DNA of 64,000 nucleotides from Acidimicrobiia bacterium (GTDB lineage Bacteria; Actinomycetota; Acidimicrobiia; Spongiisociales; ZC4RG35), in assembly GCA_965216905.1 (NCBI GenBank), contig OZ244213.1, positions 1,210,735 through 1,274,734 on the forward strand, read 5' to 3'. The notes under the pieces were generated by a model. It did not search any database and was not told the DNA's origin. It saw nothing but the letters and a program-made list of their open reading frames with translations. This document shows, piece by piece, positions 39,799-48,038 of this stretch; the first letter of the stretch is position 1; the number at the start of each line of letters is the position of its first letter. The position numbers were made by a program, and so were the translations under genes.

Positions 39799-41938
39799 GC
39801 AACTCACGTTCGATGTCGACGGTATGAGTTGCGCGGCGTGCGCCTCTCGCATCGAACGCACCCTGAACGGCGTCGAGGGCGTGGAGGCTGCGGTGGTCGA
39901 CTTCCCGTCCGCACGTGTGCACGTACGGACCGCCGCCCCCGAGCTGGAACGGCAGCTGATCGAGGCCATCGACGCGATCGGATACGAGATCGCACCGCAC
40001 GATCCAGAGGATCGGACCGACCCTGCCCTCCGGCACTCCGATGAGGAACGGACCCAGTGGCGGCGGTTTTGGTCGGCCGCGGCGTTCACCGCCCCGCTCC
40101 TGATCCTGGCGATGGGTGGATTCGAGGGCGGGTGGTCGCGGGTCGCCCAGGCGATCCTCGCCGCTCCGGTGGTCTGGATCATCGGAATGCAGTTCCACCG
40201 GGCTGCCGTCAAGGGCCTCCGGTCGGGCGGCATGACGATGGACACCCTCATCTCGTTGGGTACATCGGTTGCCTACCTCGGGTCGGTGTGGGCACTCTTC
40301 TCGGGCGGCCCGGTCTTCTTCGAGACCGCGGCGGTCATCGTCACGCTCATCACCCTCGGCCGTGCATTCGAGGCTCGCGCCAAAGGTCGCGCCTCCGGGG
40401 CGGTGAGCGCCTTGCTCAAACTCGGAGCCAAGGAGGCGACCGTCATCGACGGCGATCGCGAACGCCGGGTACCGGTCGAGCAGTTGATGCCGGGCGACGT
40501 CATGGTCGTGCGGCCCGGCGAGAAGATCCCGACCGACGGAGTGATCCGCTCCGGCAGATCGACGATCGACGAGTCGATGCTGTCCGGCGAGGCGATCCCT
40601 GTCGACAAGCAGACGGGTGATCCCGTCTACGGCGCCACGGTCAATCACCAAGGGCTGCTCCATGTGGAGGCGACCAAGGTCGGCGCCGAGACGGCCCTGG
40701 CCCACATCGTCGCGCTCGTTGAGAACGCCCAGGCGTCGAAGGCCCCGGTTCAGCGACTCGCCGACCGGGTCTCTGCGGTGTTCGTTCCGACAGTGGTCGC
40801 CATCGCCGTGGTCACCCTCGCCGTCTGGCTGGCCCTCGGGGGCGACGCCGAGGATGCGATCCGGGCGGCCGTCGCCGTGCTGATCGTCGCCTGCCCGTGC
40901 GCGCTCGGCCTGGCGACACCCACGGCCGTCATGGTCGGGAGCGGGCGAGGAGCCGAGCTCGGTGTGCTGTTCAAGGACGCCGAGGTGTTCGAACGGGCGC
41001 AACGGGTGGACACCGTGATGTTCGACAAGACCGGCACCCTCACGAGTGGCGAGATGACCCTCACCGACGTCATCGCCCAGGACGACCCGGAGACGTTCCT
41101 CTCGAGGGTGGCGTCGGTCGAGAACGGATCAGAGCACCCGATCGCTCGGGCGGTCGTCGCCGGCGCCATCGAGCGGGGTGTTCACCCGGCGACGCCGGAC
41201 GACTTCACCTCCTTTGCGGGGGCGGGCGTCGCCGGGTCGATCGGGGGTGTCCGGGTGGTGATCGGGAAGGAGAAGCTGGTCGCCGACCAGGGATTGGTCG
41301 CACCCGGCGACCTGCTCGTGAGGATGGGCCAACTCGAGGCCGAGGCCAAGACGGTGTTCCTCGCCGGATGGGAGGGGGAGGTTCGAGGGCTGGTGGCGGT
41401 CTCCGATCAGGTTCGACCCAGCGCGGCCGACACCATCGAGGAGCTGGACCGGGAAGGTTTCTCCACGGCGATGATCACCGGGGACAACGCCACCACGGCG
41501 GGCGCGATCGCCGGTCGGATCGGTCTCGACGAAGTCCACGCCGAAGTGCTCCCCGGCGAGAAGGCGAGCATCGTCGACGCAGCCCGCCGAGCCGGTCGCG
41601 TCGTGGCCTTCGTGGGCGATGGCATCAACGACGCCCCGGCACTGGTCACGGCCGATCTGGGTGTGGCGATCGGAACCGGTACCGACGTCGCCATCGAGTC
41701 CGCCGACGTCGTACTCGTCGGCGCCGACCCCGTCGGCGCGGCGACCGGTCTCCGGCTGGCCAGACGGACCTTCCAGACGATCCGCGGCAACCTGTTCTGG
41801 GCGTTCTTCTACAACGTGGCCGCCATCCCGCTGGCGGCCGCCGGGTTGCTCGACCCGATGATCGCTTCCGGAGCGATGGCCTTCTCATCGGTCTCGGTGG
41901 TCATGAACAGCCTCCGGCTGCGGCGATTCCAACCATGA
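39791..41938 (+). CDS. copA: Copper-translocating P1B-type ATPase.
   Basis: N-terminal HMA domain (GMSCAAC), a TM CPC motif ([11 protein letters not shown]), DKTGTLT and GDGINDAP. The ATG overlaps the copZ stop. Confidence 0.93.
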   Translation: MSEQLTFDVDGMSCAACASRIERTLNGVEGVEAAVVDFPSARVHVRTAAPELERQLIEAIDAIGYEIAPHDPEDRTDPALRHSDEERTQWRRFWSAAAFTAPLLILAMGGFEGGWSRVAQAILAAPVVWIIGMQFHRAAVKGLRSGGMTMDTLISLGTSVAYLGSVWALFSGGPVFFETAAVIVTLITLGRAFEARAKGRASGAVSALLKLGAKEATVIDGDRERRVPVEQLMPGDVMVVRPGEKIPTDGVIRSGRSTIDESMLSGEAIPVDKQTGDPVYGATVNHQGLLHVEATKVGAETALAHIVALVENAQASKAPVQRLADRVSAVFVPTVVAIAVVTLAVWLALGGDAEDAIRAAVAVLIVACPCALGLATPTAVMVGSGRGAELGVLFKDAEVFERAQRVDTVMFDKTGTLTSGEMTLTDVIAQDDPETFLSRVASVENGSEHPIARAVVAGAIERGVHPATPDDFTSFAGAGVAGSIGGVRVVIGKEKLVADQGLVAPGDLLVRMGQLEAEAKTVFLAGWEGEVRGLVAVSDQVRPSAADTIEELDREGFSTAMITGDNATTAGAIAGRIGLDEVHAEVLPGEKASIVDAARRAGRVVAFVGDGINDAPALVTADLGVAIGTGTDVAIESADVVLVGADPVGAATGLRLARRTFQTIRGNLFWAFFYNVAAIPLAAAGLLDPMIASGAMAFSSVSVVMNSLRLRRFQP

Positions 41939-41973
41939 CTTGGGCCGCTCAACGATCGGGGTAATGTCGCCGG

Positions 41974-42803
41974 ATGGCGACGATTGCACAGACGGAGTCA
42001 ACCGAGCTGGTCTCCCAGTTCGGCGAAGTCGAAGGGTTGGACTGGGTCGTCGCTGCGAGCATCGTCGTCGTCACGATCGTTGCGTCGCGAATCGCATTCC
42101 GGCTGGTCGCCAAGGCGGTCGGAAAGACGAACGCCGGCGATTCCGTGTCGCGGATACTCGGCCGCCTGGTCAGCTGGCTGATCGTCGTCATCGGGCTCTG
42201 GTTTGCTCTCAACACGATCGGGGTGGCCCTTGGACCGCTGATCGGCGCGCTTGGCATCGCCGGACTGGCCCTGGCCTTCGCGTTCCAGGACATTCTCGAG
42301 AACCTGATCGCCGGCCTGTTGATGCTGCTGCGCAGGCCGATCACGATCGGAGACGAGGTGGTCACCAACGACTACGAGGGCAAGGTCGTCGACATCACCC
42401 TTCGCGCCGTGGAGATCAACACGTTCGACGGAGAACGGGTGTACGTGCCCAACGCCATGGTCTGGAAGAACCCCCTGACCAACACCACCAAGACTCCGAC
42501 GAGGCGCACCACACTGGACGTCGGCGTTTCCTACGACGCCGATCTCGACCAGGTGAAAGAACTTCTCGAGAAGACCGCTCGAACGGTCGAGGGCGTGAGT
42601 CCCAACCCCTCACCGGAGCGCTGGCGCACGAGTTCGGCGACAACTCGGTCAACTTCGCGCTGCGGTTCTGGCACTCGGCCCAAACTGCGCAGATGTGGCG
42701 AGTCCGCGACCGGATGACCCGCGCCGTCAAGCACGAACTGGACGAGGCGGGTATCGAGATCCCCTTCCCACAGCGAGTGGTCCACCTGCCGTCGGCCGAC
42801 TGA
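41974..42803 (+). pseudogene. MscS-family mechanosensitive channel. The reading frame is interrupted by a 1-nt shift at a C-homopolymer, around 42606-42610.
   Basis: The N-terminal 210 aa sit in the frame of ORF 41974 (TM helices plus beta domain: ITIGDEVVTNDYEGKVVDITLRAVEINTFDGERVYVPN). The conserved C-terminus (LTGALAHEFGDNSVNFALRFW...IEIPFPQRVVHL) sits in the frame of ORF 41940. Adding one C at CCCC (42606-42609) restores a canonical MscS. Confidence 0.65.
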
Positions 42804-42821
42804 GCGTCACCCGACTGAACG

Positions 42822-43661
42822 TCACCCTTCGTTGAGGAACCGTTCGATCTCCTCGACGAGCCGCTCGCCCGGATCGACGTCGCCGTCGCCGGTCAGCGTT
42901 TCGGCTTCCAGGTCTTCCACGTAGCTCTCCAGATCCGAGTCCTTGACCGCCAAATCGACCTGGCCCCGAAAGTCGGCCGCCTCCCCGGCCAGGCTCGACG
43001 TGTCGAGCCTGATCCCGGCGATGTCGAGGACCTTGTCCAGCAGGGCGAGGCCTCCCGGCGGGTAGTCCTGGTTCGAGAGGTAGTGGGGAACCGCCGCCCA
43101 CAGCGAGGTGACCGACATCGCCCGGCTCTGCAGCGTCTGATTCAACACGCCCACGATGCCCGTCGGGCCCTCGTAGTCGGACGGAAACAGCTGGTACTCC
43201 TCCAGCATCTCCTCCCGCTCCGTGACGCCGATGACCGGAACCGGCAGGGTGTGTGGCACCTGCCCGATGAACGCCCCGAGAGTCAACACTTCGGTGACTC
43301 CGACGGCCGCCAGGGTGTCGCCGACGGCTCCGGAGAACACCTTCCACCGTGCATGTGGCTCGTCGCCTGTCACGACCACCAGGTCTCGGTCGAGGCCGGG
43401 AACGGACAGCGCATGGAAGACGATGTCGGGCCAGTCGATCCGCCGGCGGCCGAACTCGTCGAGCATGACATGGGGCCGCCGAACCTGGAAGTCGAAGAAC
43501 TCGTCCGGATCGATGCTCGCGAATCGGAAACCGGCGAGTTCGTCCACCAGGTACCCGGCGGCCATGGAGGCCGCCGAGCCGGCATCACCCCATCCCTCGA
43601 ACGCGACCACGGCGATCGGGTTGCTGAGAACCGGACGCTCTTCCCACACCACGATGTCCAT
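42822..43661 (-). CDS. PAC2-family protein (proteasome assembly chaperone-like).
   Basis: About 280 aa. VVAFEGWGDAG, and a C-terminal region typical of actinobacterial PAC2 proteins. Start taken at MDIVVWEE. Confidence 0.72.
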   Translation of the reverse strand: MDIVVWEERPVLSNPIAVVAFEGWGDAGSAASMAAGYLVDELAGFRFASIDPDEFFDFQVRRPHVMLDEFGRRRIDWPDIVFHALSVPGLDRDLVVVTGDEPHARWKVFSGAVGDTLAAVGVTEVLTLGAFIGQVPHTLPVPVIGVTEREEMLEEYQLFPSDYEGPTGIVGVLNQTLQSRAMSVTSLWAAVPHYLSNQDYPPGGLALLDKVLDIAGIRLDTSSLAGEAADFRGQVDLAVKDSDLESYVEDLEAETLTGDGDVDPGERLVEEIERFLNEG

Positions 43662-43707
43662 CGCGGCAGCGTACCCGCCCCTGCGATCCACCGGCGACGG
43701 GCCGTCC

Positions 43708-45066
43708 TCAGAGGGTCCGCTGGAGGAAGGTCATCGTCCGGCCCCATGCCTGGTCGAGAGCATGGACCGCTTCAGGATCGCCGTTCCGGTAGAACTCCCA
43801 ACCCATCGCCCGATAGGTCTCGAACGTGGCATCCAACCCCAGCTCGCGCATCGCCATCTCGAGCCGGTAGGCGGTGTGCGGGGATGCCTGCTCGTCCAGC
43901 TCTCCATTGTGTCCGAGGAAGGCGGCCTTGGCCGACGCCAGGTCGGGCTCGAGGTCGGGCCACGCGTTCACCGCACCGAAGGTGACACAGCCGGTGATGC
44001 TGGGTGATTCGCCGGCGAGCCACAGCGCCAGTCCCCCACCGATGCCAAACCCAACGAGCGCCACCGAACCGTCGACCGCCGGATGCTTCCTGGTCGCTTC
44101 GACGGCCTGCGTGAGACGCGCGGAGACGTCCCGGCTTCGGAGCTTGGCCGGCGCAGCCGACGCCTCGTCCTCGGAGCCGGGTCGGTCGTACAACGCCACC
44201 GGAACGACCACGTACCCGGCGTCGAGGAGCGATTCGGTGGCGGCGATTGCATAGTCGTCCATACCCCACCGATCGGGGAGCACGATCACCGCCGGACCCG
44301 AGCCGGATCTGGGCAGCTCGAAGCGGAACGGTGCCGACACCCACCCCGACTCTCGGCTCGCCCGACGAATCTCGCGCGCACGCGTCTCGATGGCGTTGGT
44401 GGCTAGCCGCCGCTCGAGCTGGAGCCCTTCCGAGAGGCTGAGGTCGGCGCCCTCGAGAACCGATTGCCGGTTGGCACGAACGGTGCCCTGCGGGAACCGG
44501 GCGATACGCTCGGCGATCTCGATCGCAGCCTGGCGAGCCGAACCGTCGGCGACCACCAGGTTGACGAGCCCCACGGCGTGTGCCTCTTCTGCGTCCATGG
44601 GACGGCCGGTCAACAGCATCTCGAGTGCCATCCCCTCTCCCACGAGCCGCGGCAGTCGTTGCGTGCCTCCGTCCATCAATGGCCGGCGCGACCGCTGCGG
44701 CTGGAATCCGAACACCGAAGACAGGCCACAGACACGCAGATCGCACCACAACGCCATCTCCAGCCCTGCCGACAGACACGGGCCCTCGATTGCGGCGATG
44801 ACCGGTTTGCTCAGACCGCTGTGGGTGAATCCGAAGACGGGCTCCGCCGTCCCGGTTTCGTCGTCGGTTGCAGTGGGCCGACCCACCGAGAAGGCCTCTC
44901 GGGTGCCGGTGACGACCGCCACGTCGAGATCGGGATCGGTTTCGAACCTTCTCCAGACGCGATCGAGCTCGGATGCCGTCTCTGCATCGATCTCATTCCG
45001 ACCGTCGCCGACGTCTATCGAGACGACTGCGATCCGGTCGACGGTGCGCGTCTCCACCGTCATCAT
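43708..45066 (-). CDS. Fusion of an N-terminal crotonase-fold (enoyl-CoA hydratase-like) domain and a C-terminal dienelactone hydrolase (alpha/beta hydrolase) domain.
   Basis: The N-terminus AIEGPCLSAGLEMALWCDLRVCGLSSVFGF is the crotonase oxyanion region. The C-terminus PAVIVLPDRWGMDDYA...GFGIGGGLAL...H is DLH-like. One continuous 452-aa ORF. Confidence 0.7.
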   Translation of the reverse strand: MMTVETRTVDRIAVVSIDVGDGRNEIDAETASELDRVWRRFETDPDLDVAVVTGTREAFSVGRPTATDDETGTAEPVFGFTHSGLSKPVIAAIEGPCLSAGLEMALWCDLRVCGLSSVFGFQPQRSRRPLMDGGTQRLPRLVGEGMALEMLLTGRPMDAEEAHAVGLVNLVVADGSARQAAIEIAERIARFPQGTVRANRQSVLEGADLSLSEGLQLERRLATNAIETRAREIRRASRESGWVSAPFRFELPRSGSGPAVIVLPDRWGMDDYAIAATESLLDAGYVVVPVALYDRPGSEDEASAAPAKLRSRDVSARLTQAVEATRKHPAVDGSVALVGFGIGGGLALWLAGESPSITGCVTFGAVNAWPDLEPDLASAKAAFLGHNGELDEQASPHTAYRLEMAMRELGLDATFETYRAMGWEFYRNGDPEAVHALDQAWGRTMTFLQRTL

Positions 45067-45167
45067 TCACCCCCGCACTCCTCGTCCAACAGCATGGCAT
45101 GCCTGGCTGTCCTGTCGACCGCCGATCACCACACGAATTCGTGTGCCCCCGAATAGGGTCTTGGCCC

Positions 45168-45539
45168 ATGTTCCTGAAGTGGTTGCACGTTGTTTCGATG
45201 TCGGTGTGGGTCGGCGGGCTCATCACCATGGGTGGGCTGGTGGCGGCGCTGCGACGGAATGGCGCTGCCCGGGAGACCTTGCAGACCCTGGCGCGGGGAT
45301 TCGGTCGGGTGTCGTGGGCGGCCATGGCCGTCGCCGTCCTGACCGGTTCGTGGATGGCGATCGACTTCATCGACCAGCCGCTCCTCGCCTGGAAGCTCGG
45401 CCTCGTGGTGGCGGTGGCGGCGCTCGCCGCCTTTCACCAGATCGCGTCCCGCAGCCAATCTCCGGCGGCACGTGGAGCCGTCCAAGCCGTCATCCTCGTC
45501 CTGTCGTTGGCAGCCGTCTGGGTGGGCATGCAACTCTGA
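45168..45539 (+). CDS. Small polytopic membrane protein (3-4 TM), unknown function.
   Basis: 123 aa and hydrophobic throughout (MFLKWLHVVSMSVWVGGLITMGGLVAAL...). Loosely resembles the CopD C-terminal region. Confidence 0.5.
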   Translation: MFLKWLHVVSMSVWVGGLITMGGLVAALRRNGAARETLQTLARGFGRVSWAAMAVAVLTGSWMAIDFIDQPLLAWKLGLVVAVAALAAFHQIASRSQSPAARGAVQAVILVLSLAAVWVGMQL

Positions 45540-45583
45540 TCGCCGGGCCAACGCGGTCAGGAAGGGATTCGAGGAAACGCGAT

Positions 45584-45608
45584 GCGGCCCCGGGTCACCC
45601 GGGGCCGC
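45584..45608. terminator. GC-rich hairpin between two convergent genes.
   Basis: GCGGCCCCGGG-TCA-CCCGGGGCCGC, an 11-bp stem, between the membrane protein (+) and bS22 (-). Confidence 0.5.
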
Positions 45609-45615
45609 ACTGCGG

Positions 45616-45705
45616 TCACTTGCGCTTGTGGCGATTCGCTTTGAGACGCTTCCGATACTTGTGCTTGGACATCTTCTTCCGGCGCTTCTTGACGAGCGAG
45701 CCCAT
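45616..45705 (-). CDS. 30S ribosomal protein bS22 (actinobacterial small basic ribosomal protein).
   Basis: 29 aa, MGSLVKKRRKKMSKHKYRKRLKANRHKRK. It closely matches the mycobacterial bS22 pattern MGSVIKKRRKRM.KKKHRKLL. Confidence 0.78.
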   Translation of the reverse strand: MGSLVKKRRKKMSKHKYRKRLKANRHKRK

Positions 45706-45764
45706 TTGTTCACCTCGATGGTCGATCTGGCGGATACTCAGCTTGGTGGCAGTCGGCATGCTGG

Positions 45765-46637
45765 TCAAACCGCACCGGCGGGCGCCACCCCGGGATCGAG
45801 GACACGACCTTCGCCTTCCAGCGCCTGCTCCAGGGCGGTCGTGACGCTCTCGATCCGTACGGCATCCACCAATGCGATCACCGAGGGCCCGGCGCCCGAC
45901 CACGCGGCGTGGGCTGCACCCGCCGACCGAGCCACATCCATCAGCCGCCCCACCTCGGGCCACGACGCCAGTCGATGACTCTCGTGGATCTCGTCGCCCG
46001 CGGCCTCGGCGAGCAGTGCCTCGTCGGCGACCATCAGCCCGGCGATGAGCGCGGCGACTCGAGCAGAGGTGCGGACGACCTCGTCCGTTCGGTATGCGCC
46101 GGGGAGCACCGCCCGAGCCTCCCGGGTCGCCAGCGCCACGGATGGCACGGCCACCAACGGCCGGAGTGAAGGGTTCCAGGGCAGGCGGTGGACGTTTCCA
46201 CCCGGCGAGCAGAGCACCAGACCGCCGTACACGGCGGCCGCGGCATTGTCTGGATGGCCTTCGACGGTGGCGACCAGCTCATAGAGTCGTTGGCGCGGAT
46301 GTTCCTCACCGTGCGCCCGCCAGGCGGCCAGGGCTCCTGCGACGTGCGCGGCGGACGACGACCCCAGCCCGCGGGCGACGGGGATGGTGCTGGAGACGGT
46401 CAGGCGAAGTGGTCGATCCTCCCCGACTGCGAGCCGGGCGGCGATCAAGACTGCGTCCTCGGCCGGGTCGATCGACTCGGTCTGCTGCTCGTGTTCCACC
46501 GACCACTCCTCGGCCGGCGCGGCCTTCACCGTGCAACGGATGTCGAGCGCCACCGCCAGACAGTCGAACCCCGGTCCGAGGTTCGCCGACGAGGCCGGCG
46601 CCGAGGCACAGGCGGGTTGGGAGTCGGTGGCCGGCAT
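45765..46637 (-). CDS. thrB: Homoserine kinase.
   Basis: GHMP kinase motif SSANLGPGFD and PVARGLGSSSA. The ORF is open to 46697; the start chosen is the ATG at MPATDSQ. Confidence 0.88.
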   Translation of the reverse strand: MPATDSQPACASAPASSANLGPGFDCLAVALDIRCTVKAAPAEEWSVEHEQQTESIDPAEDAVLIAARLAVGEDRPLRLTVSSTIPVARGLGSSSAAHVAGALAAWRAHGEEHPRQRLYELVATVEGHPDNAAAAVYGGLVLCSPGGNVHRLPWNPSLRPLVAVPSVALATREARAVLPGAYRTDEVVRTSARVAALIAGLMVADEALLAEAAGDEIHESHRLASWPEVGRLMDVARSAGAAHAAWSGAGPSVIALVDAVRIESVTTALEQALEGEGRVLDPGVAPAGAV

Positions 46638-46778
46638 GGCGGGAAGTGTACGGCGCGTGCCACCGGCCGGTTCTGAGGATGGGTGGGGCCGGCTCACGCC
46701 AAAGCGACGCTGCCGATGGCCGACATCCGGCCCACCGGTGAGACTCGAGCGAGCGTCAAACGGCTACCGTCGGCACGC

Positions 46779-46994
46779 ATGGCCGAGATCCTGGGTTTCG
46801 ACACGCTGTTCGCGGAGATGATCCTTGGCGTGGGACTGGCGTTGATCGCCGGCAACCTGTTCGCTTGGTGGAAGCACCGCACCGGACAGCGACCGGCCGA
46901 CGTCGAAGGCGAATATCGCGGAGGTCGGGTGGCCTTCCTCTCGACCGTCGGACTCGTCATGACCATCTGGGGCCTGGCAAGCCTGTTCGGTTGA
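46779..46994 (+). CDS. Small 2-TM membrane protein (hypothetical).
   Basis: 71 aa. MAEILGFDTLFAEMILGVGLALIAGNLFAWW...VGLVMTIWGLASLFG. Immediately upstream of tRNA-Gly. Confidence 0.35.
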   Translation: MAEILGFDTLFAEMILGVGLALIAGNLFAWWKHRTGQRPADVEGEYRGGRVAFLSTVGLVMTIWGLASLFG

Positions 46995-47057
46995 CCGGGA
47001 CCGCAGGCCGCTTTCCCTCGCACGCAGCGGGTCGGTATCCTCCCCCGGGACCCACCA

Positions 47058-47128
47058 GCGGGTGTAGTTCAATGGTAGAACACGAGCTTCCCAAGCTCGG
47101 AACGAGGGTTCGATTCCCTTCACCCGCT
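47058..47128 (+). tRNA. tRNA-Gly (anticodon CCC).
   Basis: Cloverleaf read manually. Acceptor GCGGGTG/CACCCGC, D-arm GTTC-AATGGTA-GAAC, anticodon stem CGAGC/GCTCG with loop TTCCCAA, and T-arm GAGGG-TTCGATT-CCCTT. 71 nt, with no encoded CCA. Confidence 0.88.
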
Positions 47129-47165
47129 CGAACGTGACCCTCCGACCACCCATCCGGACGCGCCG

Positions 47166-47726
47166 ATGATCTTCTCCGACCGTACGATTCACGCCGCCCT
47201 CGACGAGGGTCGGATCGAAATCGACCCCCTCGATCGGTCCTTCATTCAACCGTCCAGCGTCGACCTCCGGGTCGACGCCTCGTTCCGGGTGTTCGAGAAC
47301 CACCGATACCCCCACATCGACCCTCGCGCCGCCCAAGAGGATCTGACCACCGCGGTCACCGTCCCGGACGACGAGCCGTTCATCCTCCATCCCGGAGAGT
47401 TCGTCCTCGGGTCGACGCTCGAACGAGTCCGCCTCGGCGAGGACGTCGTGGCTCGGCTCGAGGGCAAATCGAGTCTCGGGAGGTTGGGACTGTTGATTCA
47501 CTCGACCGCCGGCTTCGTCGATCCCGGATTCGACGGGTACCTCACGCTCGAGCTCTCCAACGTCGCCAACCTCCCCATCGCCATCTACCCGGCGATGCGC
47601 ATCGGCCAGATCAGCTTCTATCAGATGACGACGACCGCCCAGCATCCGTACGGCAGCAGGGAAGCCGGCTCGAAGTATCAGGGTCAGCGAGGACCCACGC
47701 CCAGCCGCGCACACGTCGACTTCTGA
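47166..47726 (+). CDS. dcd: dCTP deaminase.
   Basis: 186 aa. PSSVDLRV, and GFVDPGFDG...TLEL, the dUTPase-fold Dcd motifs. Confidence 0.92.
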   Translation: MIFSDRTIHAALDEGRIEIDPLDRSFIQPSSVDLRVDASFRVFENHRYPHIDPRAAQEDLTTAVTVPDDEPFILHPGEFVLGSTLERVRLGEDVVARLEGKSSLGRLGLLIHSTAGFVDPGFDGYLTLELSNVANLPIAIYPAMRIGQISFYQMTTTAQHPYGSREAGSKYQGQRGPTPSRAHVDF

Positions 47727-47926
47727 ACCTCCGCCCGCGTTGCTCGGCAAGCAGCGGATCGGCCGCGGAACGTCGTGCGATGGGCGGATGAGATTTCTCG
47801 GTCGTTCGCTCAAGAATCTGCGAGGTGCGGCCGATAGGAGTGGTACAAAGCGAATCGCACACCAAAACTCTCCTCGGAGTCCCTCCCTTCCTCCGAATCT
47901 CCCTCCCCACTGGTGAGCGATACGTC

Positions 47927-47966
47927 GAACGAGCGGCCTTGCCCGGGCCGCTCGTTCTCTTTTTCC
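47927..47966 (+). terminator. Canonical rho-independent terminator within the 312-bp dcd / SLH-protein intergenic region.
   Basis: GAACGAGCGGCC-TTGCCCG-GGCCGCTCGTTC, a 12-bp perfect stem, followed by TCTTTTTCC. It lies 200 nt after the dcd stop and 72 nt before the next start. Confidence 0.65.
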
Positions 47967-48038
47967 GGCACGCGTATCTGGCGAACCCTTCCCGGCTCTG
48001 AGAACAAGACAACGGAGGCGTCGAGCGAGGAGACAGAC

